From Porphyromonas sp. (GTDB lineage Bacteria > Bacteroidota > Bacteroidia > Bacteroidales > Porphyromonadaceae), in assembly GCA_041848345.1 (NCBI GenBank), contig JBGZIN010000044.1, positions 14,989 to 78,988 of the forward strand: a stretch of 64,000 nucleotides of DNA, written 5' to 3'. Made by a program: the position numbers and the translations under genes. Every line of letters starts with the position of its first letter. Position 1 is the first letter of the stretch. The notes under the pieces were generated by a model. That model was not told the origin of the DNA. It was given only the letters and a program-made list of their open reading frames with translations, and did not search any database. Positions 41,872 through 53,036 of the stretch are shown here, one piece after another.

Positions 41872-42207
41872 GATAATCTTAATTTATTTGTCCATTAAAT
41901 AAAATCGGGTTCATCATTCTATTCCACCCCTAAATTTGGAAGAGCAAACATGACATCATCTCCCAAAATCTATCCACACAAGAGGAACTCGGCAAAGCGG
42001 AAAAATGCTCAAAGCCGTTTCTTTGCTGTCTTTGAGCAATGAATAGTTTGTTCAAAACTCTTTACAATATCGAACAGCAAGGCTCTCTTTGAAATACAAG
42101 GGAGGGGAAGCATAGAAACAGACAAAGAAAGAGAAAAAACTCTATCGAGAATTTTCCCTTTCCCTGTGATTTGTAGTGCGTTTCCTTTTAGGAAAAGGCC
42201 CTTTCTA

Positions 42208-42441
42208 TTAGTTTGCAGGTGCAGTAGCAGGAGCAGCCTCTTCAGCAGGAGCAGCCTCTGTAGCAGGAGCTTCAGCAGGAGCAGCTTCTTCAGTAGCAGG
42301 AGCAGCCTCAGCAGGAGCAGCCTCTTCAGCAGGAGCTACAACTTCAACAGGAGTTTCTGTTGTTGTTTCGTTAGACTTCTCAGAGTTACAAGCAAAGAAC
42401 GCCATAGAAAGGAGGGCGATTCCAAATACTTTCTTCATCAT
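42208..42441 (-). CDS. Small Ala/Pro/Glu/Thr-rich lipoprotein (77 aa)
   Basis: MMKK + hydrophobic stretch + FFAC lipobox; own -7 promoter; strongly biased GCT/CCT/GAA codons. Confidence 0.85.
   Translation of the reverse strand: MMKKVFGIALLSMAFFACNSEKSNETTTETPVEVVAPAEEAAPAEAAPATEEAAPAEAPATEAAPAEEAAPATAPAN
42225..42338 (-). repeat. Intragenic imperfect tandem repeats (about 15-18 bp) encoding (A)PAEEA/PATEA
   Basis: Recurrent CAGCAGGAGCAGCCTC on the + strand. Confidence 0.85.
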
Positions 42442-42538
42442 AATACTTTAAATTAGTTTATTGTTAATATCTTGTTCTTACAATACAAATAAGCTCTCGC
42501 TTTAGACCTGAGAAAAAACACTTCTCTTCTCTATCCTC

Positions 42539-42548
42539 GGCAAAGGTA
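42539..42548 (-). promoter_or_regulatory. -7 promoter element (TACCTTTGCC) for the small lipoprotein
   Basis: TAnnTTTG about 100 nt upstream of the ATG. Confidence 0.65.
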
Positions 42549-42654
42549 GTACATTTTTCTTAATCTGAAACACTCCTCTATATCTTTTTCTGCTCTTTTT
42601 TTTGAAGAAAAGAATAACAGTCTATCAAACAATAGATTACAAATAAATATAGAA

Positions 42655-43275
42655 TCAATAATTCTGCAAATAATCCTCCAATTTCTCTCGCCAGTCTTCT
42701 CCATTTTGAACCTGAAAAGAAGATATTCCGGCTTTTAAGGCTCCTTCTACATTTGCCTTTCCATCATCTAAAAACAAGGTGGTTGAGGCATCCATTTTCC
42801 CTGCACAAAGCATCTGTTCGTAAATTTCAAGATCCGGTTTCAATGCCCCCATCTGACTTGAAGCATAAATCTTATCGACCCAGTCCGAAAGAGGTCTGTT
42901 CTTCAAAAAGGAAGGGCTGTCCACAATCTCCAATATATATGGGTTGGTATTACTGAGTATACTAACCCGAAAATGCATGCGAAGTTTTTGAACATACTCA
43001 AATTTGTAGGCAGGTACATTCTTTATAAAGCCACCCATGGCCCAAAGAAGCTCTTCGTGCATAAACTCCTTATTGTATCTCTGAGCGAGTTGAGTTTCAA
43101 ATTGGTGCACGGACAAAGTCCCGTTTTCCAAGAGCCTGAAAATCCCTCGTTGTAAATAGGGATCCAGCAAATCCACAGCATCATAAACTCCCAAAGAAGT
43201 TAAACGTCGAATAGCCTCCTCCGGAGCCAAATCTACCAAAACACCTCCAAAATCGAATACTATATCTCTAATCAT
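42655..43275 (-). CDS. HAD-superfamily hydrolase (YihX-like)
   Basis: VFDFGGVL, ILSNTN, KPDLEIY and FLDDGKANV. Confidence 0.9.
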   Translation of the reverse strand: MIRDIVFDFGGVLVDLAPEEAIRRLTSLGVYDAVDLLDPYLQRGIFRLLENGTLSVHQFETQLAQRYNKEFMHEELLWAMGGFIKNVPAYKFEYVQKLRMHFRVSILSNTNPYILEIVDSPSFLKNRPLSDWVDKIYASSQMGALKPDLEIYEQMLCAGKMDASTTLFLDDGKANVEGALKAGISSFQVQNGEDWREKLEDYLQNY

Positions 43276-43347
43276 AGGCTTACAAAAGCTACTTCATATT
43301 AAGAGAAATAGTGTGCCGTGATTTGCTCCGACACACTATTTTATATC

Positions 43348-45414
43348 TTACTTCTTCAGCCAACGATCAAGCCAGGAGAAGAATGTTCTCTGCCAAAGAA
43401 CAGCATTTTGAGGCTTCACCACCCAGTGTGTTTCATCGGGGTAAATCAACATTTCTGTGGGAATGCCTCTCATGCGAGCTGCATCAAAAGCCATCATGCC
43501 CTGAGAAGCAAGAATTCTAAAGTCATACTCTCCATGAATAACCAAAATAGGAGTATCCCATTTATCCACGAACTTGTGGGGTGAGTTGGCAAATGTTCGC
43601 TGTGCGACAGCATTCTCTTTTTCCCAAGGAGCTCCACCCATATCCCAATTGGCAAACCACTTTTCCTCAGTTTCAAAATACTGTGACTCCATGTTGAAAA
43701 TACCTGCATGGGCAATGAAACAATTGAAACGCTTCTCATGATGACCCGCCAACCAATATACCGAAAAACCGCCATAACTTGCTCCAACGCAGCCCATGCC
43801 ATTCGGATCGATGAACGGTTCTTTCTTCATCTCATCGGCAGCAGTCAAATAGTCACGCATGTTTTGCCCGCCATAATCCTTACTAATTTGCTCATTCCAA
43901 GCCTTTCCAAAACTGGGCACTCCGTGACGATTGGGCAGAATGACAATGTACCCATGCTCTGCCATAATGCGAGGGTTCCAACGGTAAGACCAAAATTGAC
44001 TAATGGTGCTTTGGGGACCACCCTGACAATAGAGGATGGAAGGATACTTCTTATTGGGATCGAAATTGGCAGGATAGAGTACCCAAACCAACATTTGTTC
44101 GTTGGAGGTGGTTGTCATCCAACGTTTTTCACAACGCACCTCTCCCAATTGATCCAGCATAGATTTGTTTTCCGCCGTAATTGCTCGGGTTGTGCCCTTT
44201 TTCAGGTCTACATTGTACAAGTCGGTAGGAACCAACATGGACTGACGAGACGCCACGAGTACACCTTTCTTTATGTCAAAAGCGCGATAATCAACCTGAC
44301 CCTCGGTGATGCGACGGATCTTTTTGCTTTTGAGCGGGATCTCGAAGAGATGAGTTTCTGCTTTTACGCAAGAGATAAAAAAGATGGAACGTCCGTCTTC
44401 AGACCAAGAAGGACTCTCCACATCACACTCGAACCCATCTGTCAAATAGGTCTTTTTACCCGTTTTCATGTCCAAAATAAAAAGACGTTTCAGATCAGAC
44501 TCATAACCATCTCGTTCCATACTCACCCACGCCATGTATTGCCCATTGGGTGAAAACGTCGGATGCGTATCATAGCCCATCATACCCTCCGTGAGGTTGC
44601 GAGTAGTACCTGAAGCAATGTCATAGTAATAAATATCCGAATTGGTGGAAAGACTGTACTCCAATCCTGTTTTTTTACGACAAGCATAAGCTATCCCTTT
44701 TCCGTCGGGGGTAAATGCAATATCCGAGACATCACCATGGGGTTTCATAGGGGCTTCATAGGGCTCTCCTGCCAAAAGGTCTTTTCCTTGAGTGACGGGC
44801 GCAGTGCCAATGGGGGCTACAAACGGATGAGGGATGGAAGTTACCCATTCATCCCAATGCTTGTACATCAAATCGGTGATGATAATCCCCGTAGCTTTAT
44901 CCAAATCGGGATGACGAACATCTTTCTCCGGCTTGATGGAAACGTTGGCTGTATAGAGCAATTGCTGCTCATCGGGAGAAAACACATATCCCGTAATCCC
45001 TCCCTCTACCTGAGTTAGGGGACGTATATCACCTCCCTCTGCAGTCATGGAATAGAGCTGCATAGAGCCATCTTTTGTACTCATAAAGGCAATGCGCTTA
45101 TCTCCTTTCAGCCATTTGGGGGCATATCCTTCTCCTATTTCCCTACGCCCAAGACCGTCACTGCCTACCAAATAGATTTTACTCTTGGCTTTATTCTCCT
45201 TTATGTCAGGAAAACTGACGGCATAAACAACCATCTTTCCATCCGACGAAAGGGAAAAATCTCCCACTCGAGCCATCGAAAGAAGCATCTCGGGAGTTAA
45301 TTGTTGCGTTTGCTGTTGTTCCATTTGCGGACTATTTTTTTGCGCTACTGCCATGTAGGGCGCTCCCATACAACAAGGTATGGCAACTAATAACGATAAA
45401 ATACTCTTCTTCAT
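43348..45414 (-). CDS. dpp5: S9 family dipeptidyl-peptidase 5 (start at ATG 45414)
   Basis: Signal peptide, beta-propeller, CQGGPQS, GASYGG, HGEYD and YPDETH. Confidence 0.85.
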   Translation of the reverse strand: MKKSILSLLVAIPCCMGAPYMAVAQKNSPQMEQQQTQQLTPEMLLSMARVGDFSLSSDGKMVVYAVSFPDIKENKAKSKIYLVGSDGLGRREIGEGYAPKWLKGDKRIAFMSTKDGSMQLYSMTAEGGDIRPLTQVEGGITGYVFSPDEQQLLYTANVSIKPEKDVRHPDLDKATGIIITDLMYKHWDEWVTSIPHPFVAPIGTAPVTQGKDLLAGEPYEAPMKPHGDVSDIAFTPDGKGIAYACRKKTGLEYSLSTNSDIYYYDIASGTTRNLTEGMMGYDTHPTFSPNGQYMAWVSMERDGYESDLKRLFILDMKTGKKTYLTDGFECDVESPSWSEDGRSIFFISCVKAETHLFEIPLKSKKIRRITEGQVDYRAFDIKKGVLVASRQSMLVPTDLYNVDLKKGTTRAITAENKSMLDQLGEVRCEKRWMTTTSNEQMLVWVLYPANFDPNKKYPSILYCQGGPQSTISQFWSYRWNPRIMAEHGYIVILPNRHGVPSFGKAWNEQISKDYGGQNMRDYLTAADEMKKEPFIDPNGMGCVGASYGGFSVYWLAGHHEKRFNCFIAHAGIFNMESQYFETEEKWFANWDMGGAPWEKENAVAQRTFANSPHKFVDKWDTPILVIHGEYDFRILASQGMMAFDAARMRGIPTEMLIYPDETHWVVKPQNAVLWQRTFFSWLDRWLKK

Positions 45415-45415
45415 A

Positions 45416-47035
<1,620 letters not shown>

Positions 47036-47058
47036 CTATTGTGTAATAAAAAATCTTC

Positions 47059-47988
47059 TTAGAACCACTTAATGCGTCTCAACAATAGGAATGCTCCGGC
47101 GGAAAATCCGATGGCAACCACGAAAATAATCCAAAAAGCCCAAGCATTGTGTTCCCATCCATTGGGCACATTCATTCCATACAAGCTGGCTATCAACGTG
47201 GGCAACATCAAAATAATGGAGACGCTGGTCATGCGCTTCATTATGGTATTCACATTGTTTGATATTACGCTGGCGAAAGCATCCATCGTACCCGTGAGGA
47301 TTTCACTGTGAATGGTTACCGTATTGTATGCCTGACTGAGCTCAATGCGTACGTCTTCGGCAAGATCTTCGTCATAAGGGATGGAGCGTCTGATGGCTAA
47401 CAACTTATTGATTACAGCCTCATTGCCTCGAATGGAAGTGCTGAAATAGACAAAACACTTCTGCAATTTCATCAACTGCAAGAGGTCTTCGTTGCGAATA
47501 CTGCTCTCCAACGCCTCTTCTGCCTCCATGATTAACGAACTGATCTGCTTGAGATACTTAAGAAACCACACAGCAGAGCTGTGCACCAAACGGAATATGA
47601 AGTCCACTTCGTTGGTAACCAGTACTTTTTTTCTCTTGCAATGGTCTATAAAATCGGGCATCAACTGCGTTCTCCGATAACAAACAGTTACCGTGATATG
47701 CCGCTCGGGAGAGTAAATAATCCCCACGGGGATAGTGGTATATGGCGTGGGAGAATCGGAAACAGCTATTGGGATGCGGATAATTGTCAATTCCCAACCA
47801 TCTTCTTCTTCGATACGCGGACGCTCGTCCGTATCGGCAATATCGGCCAAAAAGGAGTCGGGTATGGCAATGTCTTCGACCAAGAAATTCAAATCTTCGG
47901 TAGTCGGACAAACAACCTTTATCCAACACCCTGCCTCTACCCTATCGGACTCTATGAAACCTTTTTCCGGATAAATAAATCTGCGCAT
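47059..47988 (-). CDS. corA: CorA-family Mg2+/divalent cation transporter
   Basis: ISNNVNTIMKRMT, PTLIASLYGMNV (GMN signature) and two C-terminal TMs. Confidence 0.95.
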   Translation of the reverse strand: MRRFIYPEKGFIESDRVEAGCWIKVVCPTTEDLNFLVEDIAIPDSFLADIADTDERPRIEEEDGWELTIIRIPIAVSDSPTPYTTIPVGIIYSPERHITVTVCYRRTQLMPDFIDHCKRKKVLVTNEVDFIFRLVHSSAVWFLKYLKQISSLIMEAEEALESSIRNEDLLQLMKLQKCFVYFSTSIRGNEAVINKLLAIRRSIPYDEDLAEDVRIELSQAYNTVTIHSEILTGTMDAFASVISNNVNTIMKRMTSVSIILMLPTLIASLYGMNVPNGWEHNAWAFWIIFVVAIGFSAGAFLLLRRIKWF

Positions 47989-48072
47989 AGTTTGCTTCTT
48001 TCCACAGCTTGAGCTGCTCTGTTTTTTAGTTCGTAAAAATGGAGAGAAGCCGCAAAGGCACAGATCTAAGCT

Positions 48073-48192
48073 CTACACACTACAATACAAAGGGACAAGA
48101 TACCCCCAAGTATCGATGTTGCAAGCAAGAGCCTTGCGCTCTCTCTTCAACACTCTCTTGTACCTACTCGGAGGTAATGAATCGTCCACCAT
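48073..48192 (-). CDS. Candidate 39-aa leader peptide (uORF) upstream of corA
   Basis: ATG 48192 to TAG 48073: MVDDSLPPSRYKRVLKRERKALACNIDTWGYLVPLYCSV; A at -3/-6/-12/-13; first ATG after the promoter. Confidence 0.45.
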   Translation of the reverse strand: MVDDSLPPSRYKRVLKRERKALACNIDTWGYLVPLYCSV

Positions 48193-48230
48193 TGTTTTTG
48201 TTGTTTATAGAATAATTCGATTGAAACTGT

Positions 48231-48240
48231 TGCAAAGATA
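48231..48240 (-). promoter_or_regulatory. -7 promoter element (TATCTTTGCA) for the corA unit
   Basis: TAnnTTTG about 245 nt upstream of the corA ATG; no closer match seen. Confidence 0.65.
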
Positions 48241-48350
48241 GCACTTTTTATTAGGACAGGAACTCCCGCCGAAGTCAAAAAACTGAAAGAGGAATGGATG
48301 TTTGAAAAAACTCTTCTCCTCTCCTTGCAAAAGAGATGGGAAGGAAGAAA

Positions 48351-48436
48351 GAATTTGTATGCATACAAACTGTAAAATGAATGCATATAAAATCGAAATT
48401 GTATGCATACAAACTCAAATTTGAATGCATACAAAA
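48351..48436. repeat. 22-bp-period palindromic-core array, locus 3 (4 units)
   Basis: Cores at 48355, 48377, 48399 and 48421; two are the perfect palindrome TTGTATGCATACAA. Confidence 0.92.
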
Positions 48437-48625
48437 TCCAACTTCCATAAACACCTAAAAAGCAATGAATTAGAACAAGAGGAAAAAATCTGTGAGATGG
48501 TCAAAAGTCGTACAACAAAAACTCAGAAATTTTGCACCCCAAACAAATTGCCATCTCAAGCCCCGCCAATCCTCTCAAAAGGCAACCAACACACTCCATA
48601 AAACCTTATGAATGGAGCTTTGGAC

Positions 48626-48675
48626 AAAAGAAACAAGCTCACGATAGGTATCAAAAAAGAATTACCTACGTGAGC
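48626..48675 (-). terminator. Intrinsic terminator of ribB
   Basis: GCTCACG-A-TAGGTA / TACCTA-CGTGAGC stem with an A-rich tract on +. Confidence 0.75.
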
Positions 48676-48755
48676 CTGTCTGTCTCTCCTCGGATTGTCC
48701 GCCGAAGAAAAGAGCGAAAGGGAGAAACGATTATCGACTGAAGTTATCTTCTAAA

Positions 48756-49394
48756 TCATAGCGAATGGAGCTTGCGATACAAAGCAATGTCCTCAATGGT
48801 CAAAATGGGCATATTATGCTTTTCACTGAAAACTTCTATTTCAGGCATACGCGCCATAGTACCGTCTTCATTGGTCAATTCGCACAAAACGGCAGTGTCA
48901 CCCAAGCCCGCAATGGATACAATATCGATACTTCCCTCGGTATGTCCTCGACGCTCAAGCACTCCCCCATTCTTTGCTCTGAGAGGAAACACATGTCCCG
49001 GATGCACCAAATCTTCTGCTTTTGCGCCCTCTCTTGCAGCTGTTTGTATAGTACAAAGACGATCGGCAGCCGATACCCCCGTCGTTACACCCTCACGAGC
49101 TTCGATGGATATGGTAAAAGCAGTTTGATTTTTACATGTATTATTCTGCACCATCGGGGGCAGATTTAGCTCTTGACACTTATAATCTTTCAAGCAAAGA
49201 CATATAATACCGCTGCACTCTCTGATCATCAATGCTATATTTTGAGCTGTCAAATTTGAAGTCGGATAGATTATATCGCCTTCATTTTCGCGATTTTCAT
49301 CATCCACCAACAAGATACCTCGCCCTTCTCTAAGCGCTGCTACTGCTCGCTGAATACGTTCTTCCAATTGTGTCGTTGGAGTTTCTGTTGCCAT
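48756..49394 (-). CDS. ribB: 3,4-dihydroxy-2-butanone-4-phosphate synthase
   Basis: [36 protein letters not shown] and RRGHTE. Confidence 0.97.
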   Translation of the reverse strand: MATETPTTQLEERIQRAVAALREGRGILLVDDENRENEGDIIYPTSNLTAQNIALMIRECSGIICLCLKDYKCQELNLPPMVQNNTCKNQTAFTISIEAREGVTTGVSAADRLCTIQTAAREGAKAEDLVHPGHVFPLRAKNGGVLERRGHTEGSIDIVSIAGLGDTAVLCELTNEDGTMARMPEIEVFSEKHNMPILTIEDIALYRKLHSL

Positions 49395-49523
49395 TGTTCT
49401 ATGCTAATTGTAATGTCCTAAATAAATATCTACAAACACAAGCTCTCTAAATAGACGGCAAATGAGATAGCAATAGGCAGAACGCCACTTCCCTCCTGAT
49501 AAGGGCAAAGAAAACGAAAAGCC

Positions 49524-49645
49524 GATTCATATCTCCTCCGGACTATACCGTCGGTCCAGGAATTACACCTTGTCAGTCTCCGTAAAAAATCAGAGAGTTG
49601 TGGACTATCACCACCGGTAGGGACTTGCACCCTGCCTCTATAAAT
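49524..49645 (-). promoter_or_regulatory. FMN riboswitch (RFN element)
   Basis: Minus strand reads AGAGGCAGGGTGCAAGTCCCTACCGGTGGTGATAGTCCAC...GACAAGGTGTAATTCCTGGACCGACGGTATAGTCCGGAGGAGA, matching the RFN consensus; lies upstream of ribB. Confidence 0.95.
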
Positions 49646-49650
49646 CGCTC

Positions 49651-49660
49651 CGCAAAAGTA
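49651..49660 (-). promoter_or_regulatory. -7 promoter element (TACTTTTGCG) immediately before the FMN aptamer
   Basis: TAnnTTTG positioned so that transcription starts at the riboswitch. Confidence 0.75.
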
Positions 49661-49779
49661 AACATATCCTTTGAGATAAATAGCAAAAAGGGAAGACTAA
49701 ACACCTCCATTCCCCGATTGTCATGATCTGATACGGGGCATAAAAGAAGAAAAAAGCCTATAAACGAGAAAAAAAGACC

Positions 49780-50571
49780 TTAGGAAAAGAAGCATCGGGC
49801 GATGACAATAGCTGTTGCCACAGCCACATTGAGCGACTCCGAATGCTGACCGTCAACTGCTTGAGCGGGGATGGTTACGGCATGAGTTACATGGCGAGCC
49901 ACTTGATCACTTATGCCTTTTCCCTCATTGCCCATTACCCACAGAGAGGGTTCGGCAGGATGAGGCAGAGGGCAACGAGCATCCAACAAATTATCTCCCT
50001 CCAGAAATGTACCCCACACCGGTATCCGAGCCGCAGTAATACTCTTCATAAAAGCCTCTATATCGTCAATAAAGAAGAGTTTCACTCGAGCCAAACCTCC
50101 CATCGTTGCTTGAACCACCTTGGGTGAAAAAGGATCTGCCGTGCCCAAAGTGATGAACACATTGCGGATGCCGAACCAATCACACGTCCTGAGAATAGAA
50201 CCCACATTCCCAGGGTCCTGCACATTATCCAGCAAAAGACTCATTCCCGTTATAACCGGCAACGCCTCAACCTTGTCGGGTTGGCGAAAAACAGCAATCA
50301 TGGGACGGGGAGTTTGCAAAGAACTTATGGCAGTAAAATCGTAATTGTCCGGCAGTAGGATTACTTTATCTATTGCTGTCGTTTTGGGAAAAGTATGCCA
50401 CCAAGTGGGAGTTGTTATAAGCAGGGTGCAATGAAAAGCCTCAAGCAACTCTTCTATCAGTTTGGGTCCCTCTGCCACGAAGAGCCTATGTTCACGTCTC
50501 CCTTTGGCTTTTTGCAAACCGAGGAGAAACTTCCTTTCCTGATGCGATAACGATGTTTGCTCTTTTATCAT
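49780..50571 (-). CDS. TrmH/SpoU family RNA methyltransferase (start moved to ATG 50571)
   Basis: FVAEGPKL, DNVQDPGNVGSILR, VMGNEGKG and ESLNVAVA; -7 element TACTTTTGTG at 50609-50618. Confidence 0.92.
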   Translation of the reverse strand: MIKEQTSLSHQERKFLLGLQKAKGRREHRLFVAEGPKLIEELLEAFHCTLLITTPTWWHTFPKTTAIDKVILLPDNYDFTAISSLQTPRPMIAVFRQPDKVEALPVITGMSLLLDNVQDPGNVGSILRTCDWFGIRNVFITLGTADPFSPKVVQATMGGLARVKLFFIDDIEAFMKSITAARIPVWGTFLEGDNLLDARCPLPHPAEPSLWVMGNEGKGISDQVARHVTHAVTIPAQAVDGQHSESLNVAVATAIVIARCFFS

Positions 50572-50696
50572 AGATGGTTCAAGTGTAGCCCAACGCTCTT
50601 TTTTCCACCACAAAAGTAGTTCAAAAAGGGATAGTACAGCGCTATTCGGAACAGCTGACAAAGGGGAAATCGGGTGTCCAATCATTCTTTTTATAG

Positions 50697-50706
50697 TACC
50701 TTTGCA
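50697..50706 (+). promoter_or_regulatory. -7 promoter element (TACCTTTGCA) for the LysM-gene unit
   Basis: TAnnTTTG about 58 nt upstream of ATG 50764. Confidence 0.7.
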
Positions 50707-50763
50707 GGGAAATATACAGAGAGAACTGCACTTCAGGCATATTCACAACAAAGCAGATAAAAA

Positions 50764-52296
50764 ATGGGACGAATATCAAAAGCCAACAAACTGCTCATCC
50801 TTCTCTTCGCTATTCTTAGTTGCACTTTCAGAGTAGGAGCAACCTCGTCACACCAATCCCCTCCCCACAAAATACACGTTGTGGAAGCCCAGGAGACTGT
50901 GTACTCCATTTCTCGCAGAAACGGTGTCAGTGAGGAAGATATATACAAACTAAACCCCGGTTCCGAATTGGGCATTCGCATCGGACAAGAGTTGCGCATC
51001 CCCATAAAGAAGAGCGTTCAACAACCTCAGTTTCCACCCTCAACCAAAGAGGGGTTTCACGTAGTCCAACAGGGAGAGACGCTCTACTCAATAGCCAAGC
51101 GATATGGCATAACCGTTGCCATTTTGCTGCAATACAATCCTGATATTTCTGCGGAGTCTTTACAGCCGGGCACGGAATTACGGGTTGCCCTTTCCAACGG
51201 TTCCAACAATCCGAATGCCAATAATAAAATCATCGTTGTCTCTCCCGAGGGGCTCAACAAAGTGGATGTTGCCCTTCTACTTCCTGTGGGTAACAATGGT
51301 CCTGCGCGTTATATCCAATTTTATGAGGGATTTTTATTGGGGCTGTACCAACTTAAGAGGAATGGAATCTCCGTTACACTCAACGTACACCAAGTACAAA
51401 ATGAAGGCGATCTGCAAACACTACTCTCGGACAAAAAGCTGCAATCTGCCAATTTAATCATCGGTGGACATACGGAAAGGACCGTGAACTTGCTTTCCAA
51501 GTATTCCGAGTTGGAGGGAATACCCTACATATCTCCATTTATCGCTCAAAGTAAAAAGAGTGCCTCTTCTCGCTCCATTTTCAGAATAAATACCCCGCAA
51601 CAAGAGTTATATCCATTCGTTGCCCAAGGATTTACGTCTCGATACAACAACGAAAACATTCTCTTTATTGAGGAGGAGCAAGGCAATCACAAAGCGGTTG
51701 TTACCGCACTGAAAAAACAGATTAAGAATACGGGACGCAAGTTTCAAACTTGCAGCCACAGAGACTTTATCTCCGGAAATGCCACATCCGTTCTTTCCAA
51801 CAACACTGTGTTGATACCTAACCAAGGTGGTCAAAAACAGCTCAAAGAACTTCTATCTGCCCTGAAAAGGTACTATTCGACTGTCAGGGATGTTACCATT
51901 TTCGGCTATCCCGAATGGCAATCTTACGGAAAGGAGACGCTATCCGATTTAGGAGAATACAGAGGTACGATCTATTCGTCCTTCTTCTTTGACCGCACCA
52001 TGAAAGAGAGTGCCGGTTTTCTAAAGAACTATCAACTATGGTTCAACCGAAAAAACACAGATGGATTTCCTCGCTACAACGTGCTCGGATACGATATTGC
52101 CCGCTACTTTATTCGTGCCTCTGCCATATATGGAGCCTCTTTCTCAGACTCTTTCTCGCAGCTTCCCTCCGATGGGCTGCAGATGAATTTCATATTCAAA
52201 CGGCTCAATAACGAAGAGCATTACACAAGTGTCGGGCTCTTTTTTGTAACATTTGATGCCTCAGGAAAGCCACATCGTCAAGATGTCGGTTATTAA
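50764..52296 (+). CDS. Exported 2xLysM protein with a C-terminal periplasmic-binding-protein type 1 domain
   Basis: HVVEAQETVYSIS and HVVQQGETLYSIAKRYG; VALLLP..FYEGFLLG..GYDIARYF. Confidence 0.82.
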   Translation: MGRISKANKLLILLFAILSCTFRVGATSSHQSPPHKIHVVEAQETVYSISRRNGVSEEDIYKLNPGSELGIRIGQELRIPIKKSVQQPQFPPSTKEGFHVVQQGETLYSIAKRYGITVAILLQYNPDISAESLQPGTELRVALSNGSNNPNANNKIIVVSPEGLNKVDVALLLPVGNNGPARYIQFYEGFLLGLYQLKRNGISVTLNVHQVQNEGDLQTLLSDKKLQSANLIIGGHTERTVNLLSKYSELEGIPYISPFIAQSKKSASSRSIFRINTPQQELYPFVAQGFTSRYNNENILFIEEEQGNHKAVVTALKKQIKNTGRKFQTCSHRDFISGNATSVLSNNTVLIPNQGGQKQLKELLSALKRYYSTVRDVTIFGYPEWQSYGKETLSDLGEYRGTIYSSFFFDRTMKESAGFLKNYQLWFNRKNTDGFPRYNVLGYDIARYFIRASAIYGASFSDSFSQLPSDGLQMNFIFKRLNNEEHYTSVGLFFVTFDASGKPHRQDVGY

Positions 52297-52311
52297 GTAA
52301 GCCACTGCTTC

Positions 52312-52986
52312 ATGTACCACAAAAAGATAATTATTTGCATTCTTCTACTCCTCCCTTCACTGCTTTGGGCACAACAAAAGGAGAGGATACCCACTCTATC
52401 CCATCCATCTCTTCATATCGGTGGGTCTTTGGGGTATGTTGCCTCGCAAGTTTTATTCATGCCCTCCGTGACACAGTCCATAGCTTCGGGAGCAAGAATT
52501 GGATTTGTTGCCACCATGAGCAATAGTGAGTATGTGGCGTTCTCCATGGAAGTAGCCCTTTCCCAAAGAGGATGGAAAGAGACTTACTCCGATAATAGCA
52601 GTGGACGTAGCTATTTTCGGAGACTGAGTTTTATCGATTTACCCTTGTTGTGCCACCTATATTATCCCATGAATAAGCTCAAAGCAGGCGTAAAAATGGG
52701 ACCTCAAATAGGGCTTTTCATTGGAGAGAATGTAAACAAATCAGGGGATGGTTTTACCCAACAAGACGAAACTCGGCACGCTCTGAATGTAGTCAATAAG
52801 TTTGCCTGGGGGCTCATCGGAGGTCCCTCGCTTTCCTACACCTTTGGCAAGCACGACTTAGAGCTGGACATTATGCTATACTATGGTTTCAACGATCTAT
52901 TCTCAACCACGGTACGCGACCCGTACAGTAAATCCAGCGAATTGTTCGGTATAGTAAAATTCAATTACCTATTTCGCCTCCTCTAA
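52312..52986 (+). CDS. Outer-membrane beta-barrel (porin/PorT-like family) protein
   Basis: Signal peptide, alternating beta-strands, SQRGWKE, FIDLPLL, GPQIG and terminal YLFRLL. Confidence 0.75.
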   Translation: MYHKKIIICILLLLPSLLWAQQKERIPTLSHPSLHIGGSLGYVASQVLFMPSVTQSIASGARIGFVATMSNSEYVAFSMEVALSQRGWKETYSDNSSGRSYFRRLSFIDLPLLCHLYYPMNKLKAGVKMGPQIGLFIGENVNKSGDGFTQQDETRHALNVVNKFAWGLIGGPSLSYTFGKHDLELDIMLYYGFNDLFSTTVRDPYSKSSELFGIVKFNYLFRLL

Positions 52987-53036
52987 CGGCAGGCAACTTA
53001 ACTCACAACTCAAAAAGGGAATAAAAAACTTCCACT

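Noticed and set aside
43708-44553. Long alternative-strand or alternative-frame ORFs (e.g. 43708-44553, 24457-25110, 27569-28189, 16911-17501, 45812-46471)
   Set aside because: They fully overlap well-supported genes, have no recognisable motifs, and are typical shadow ORFs.
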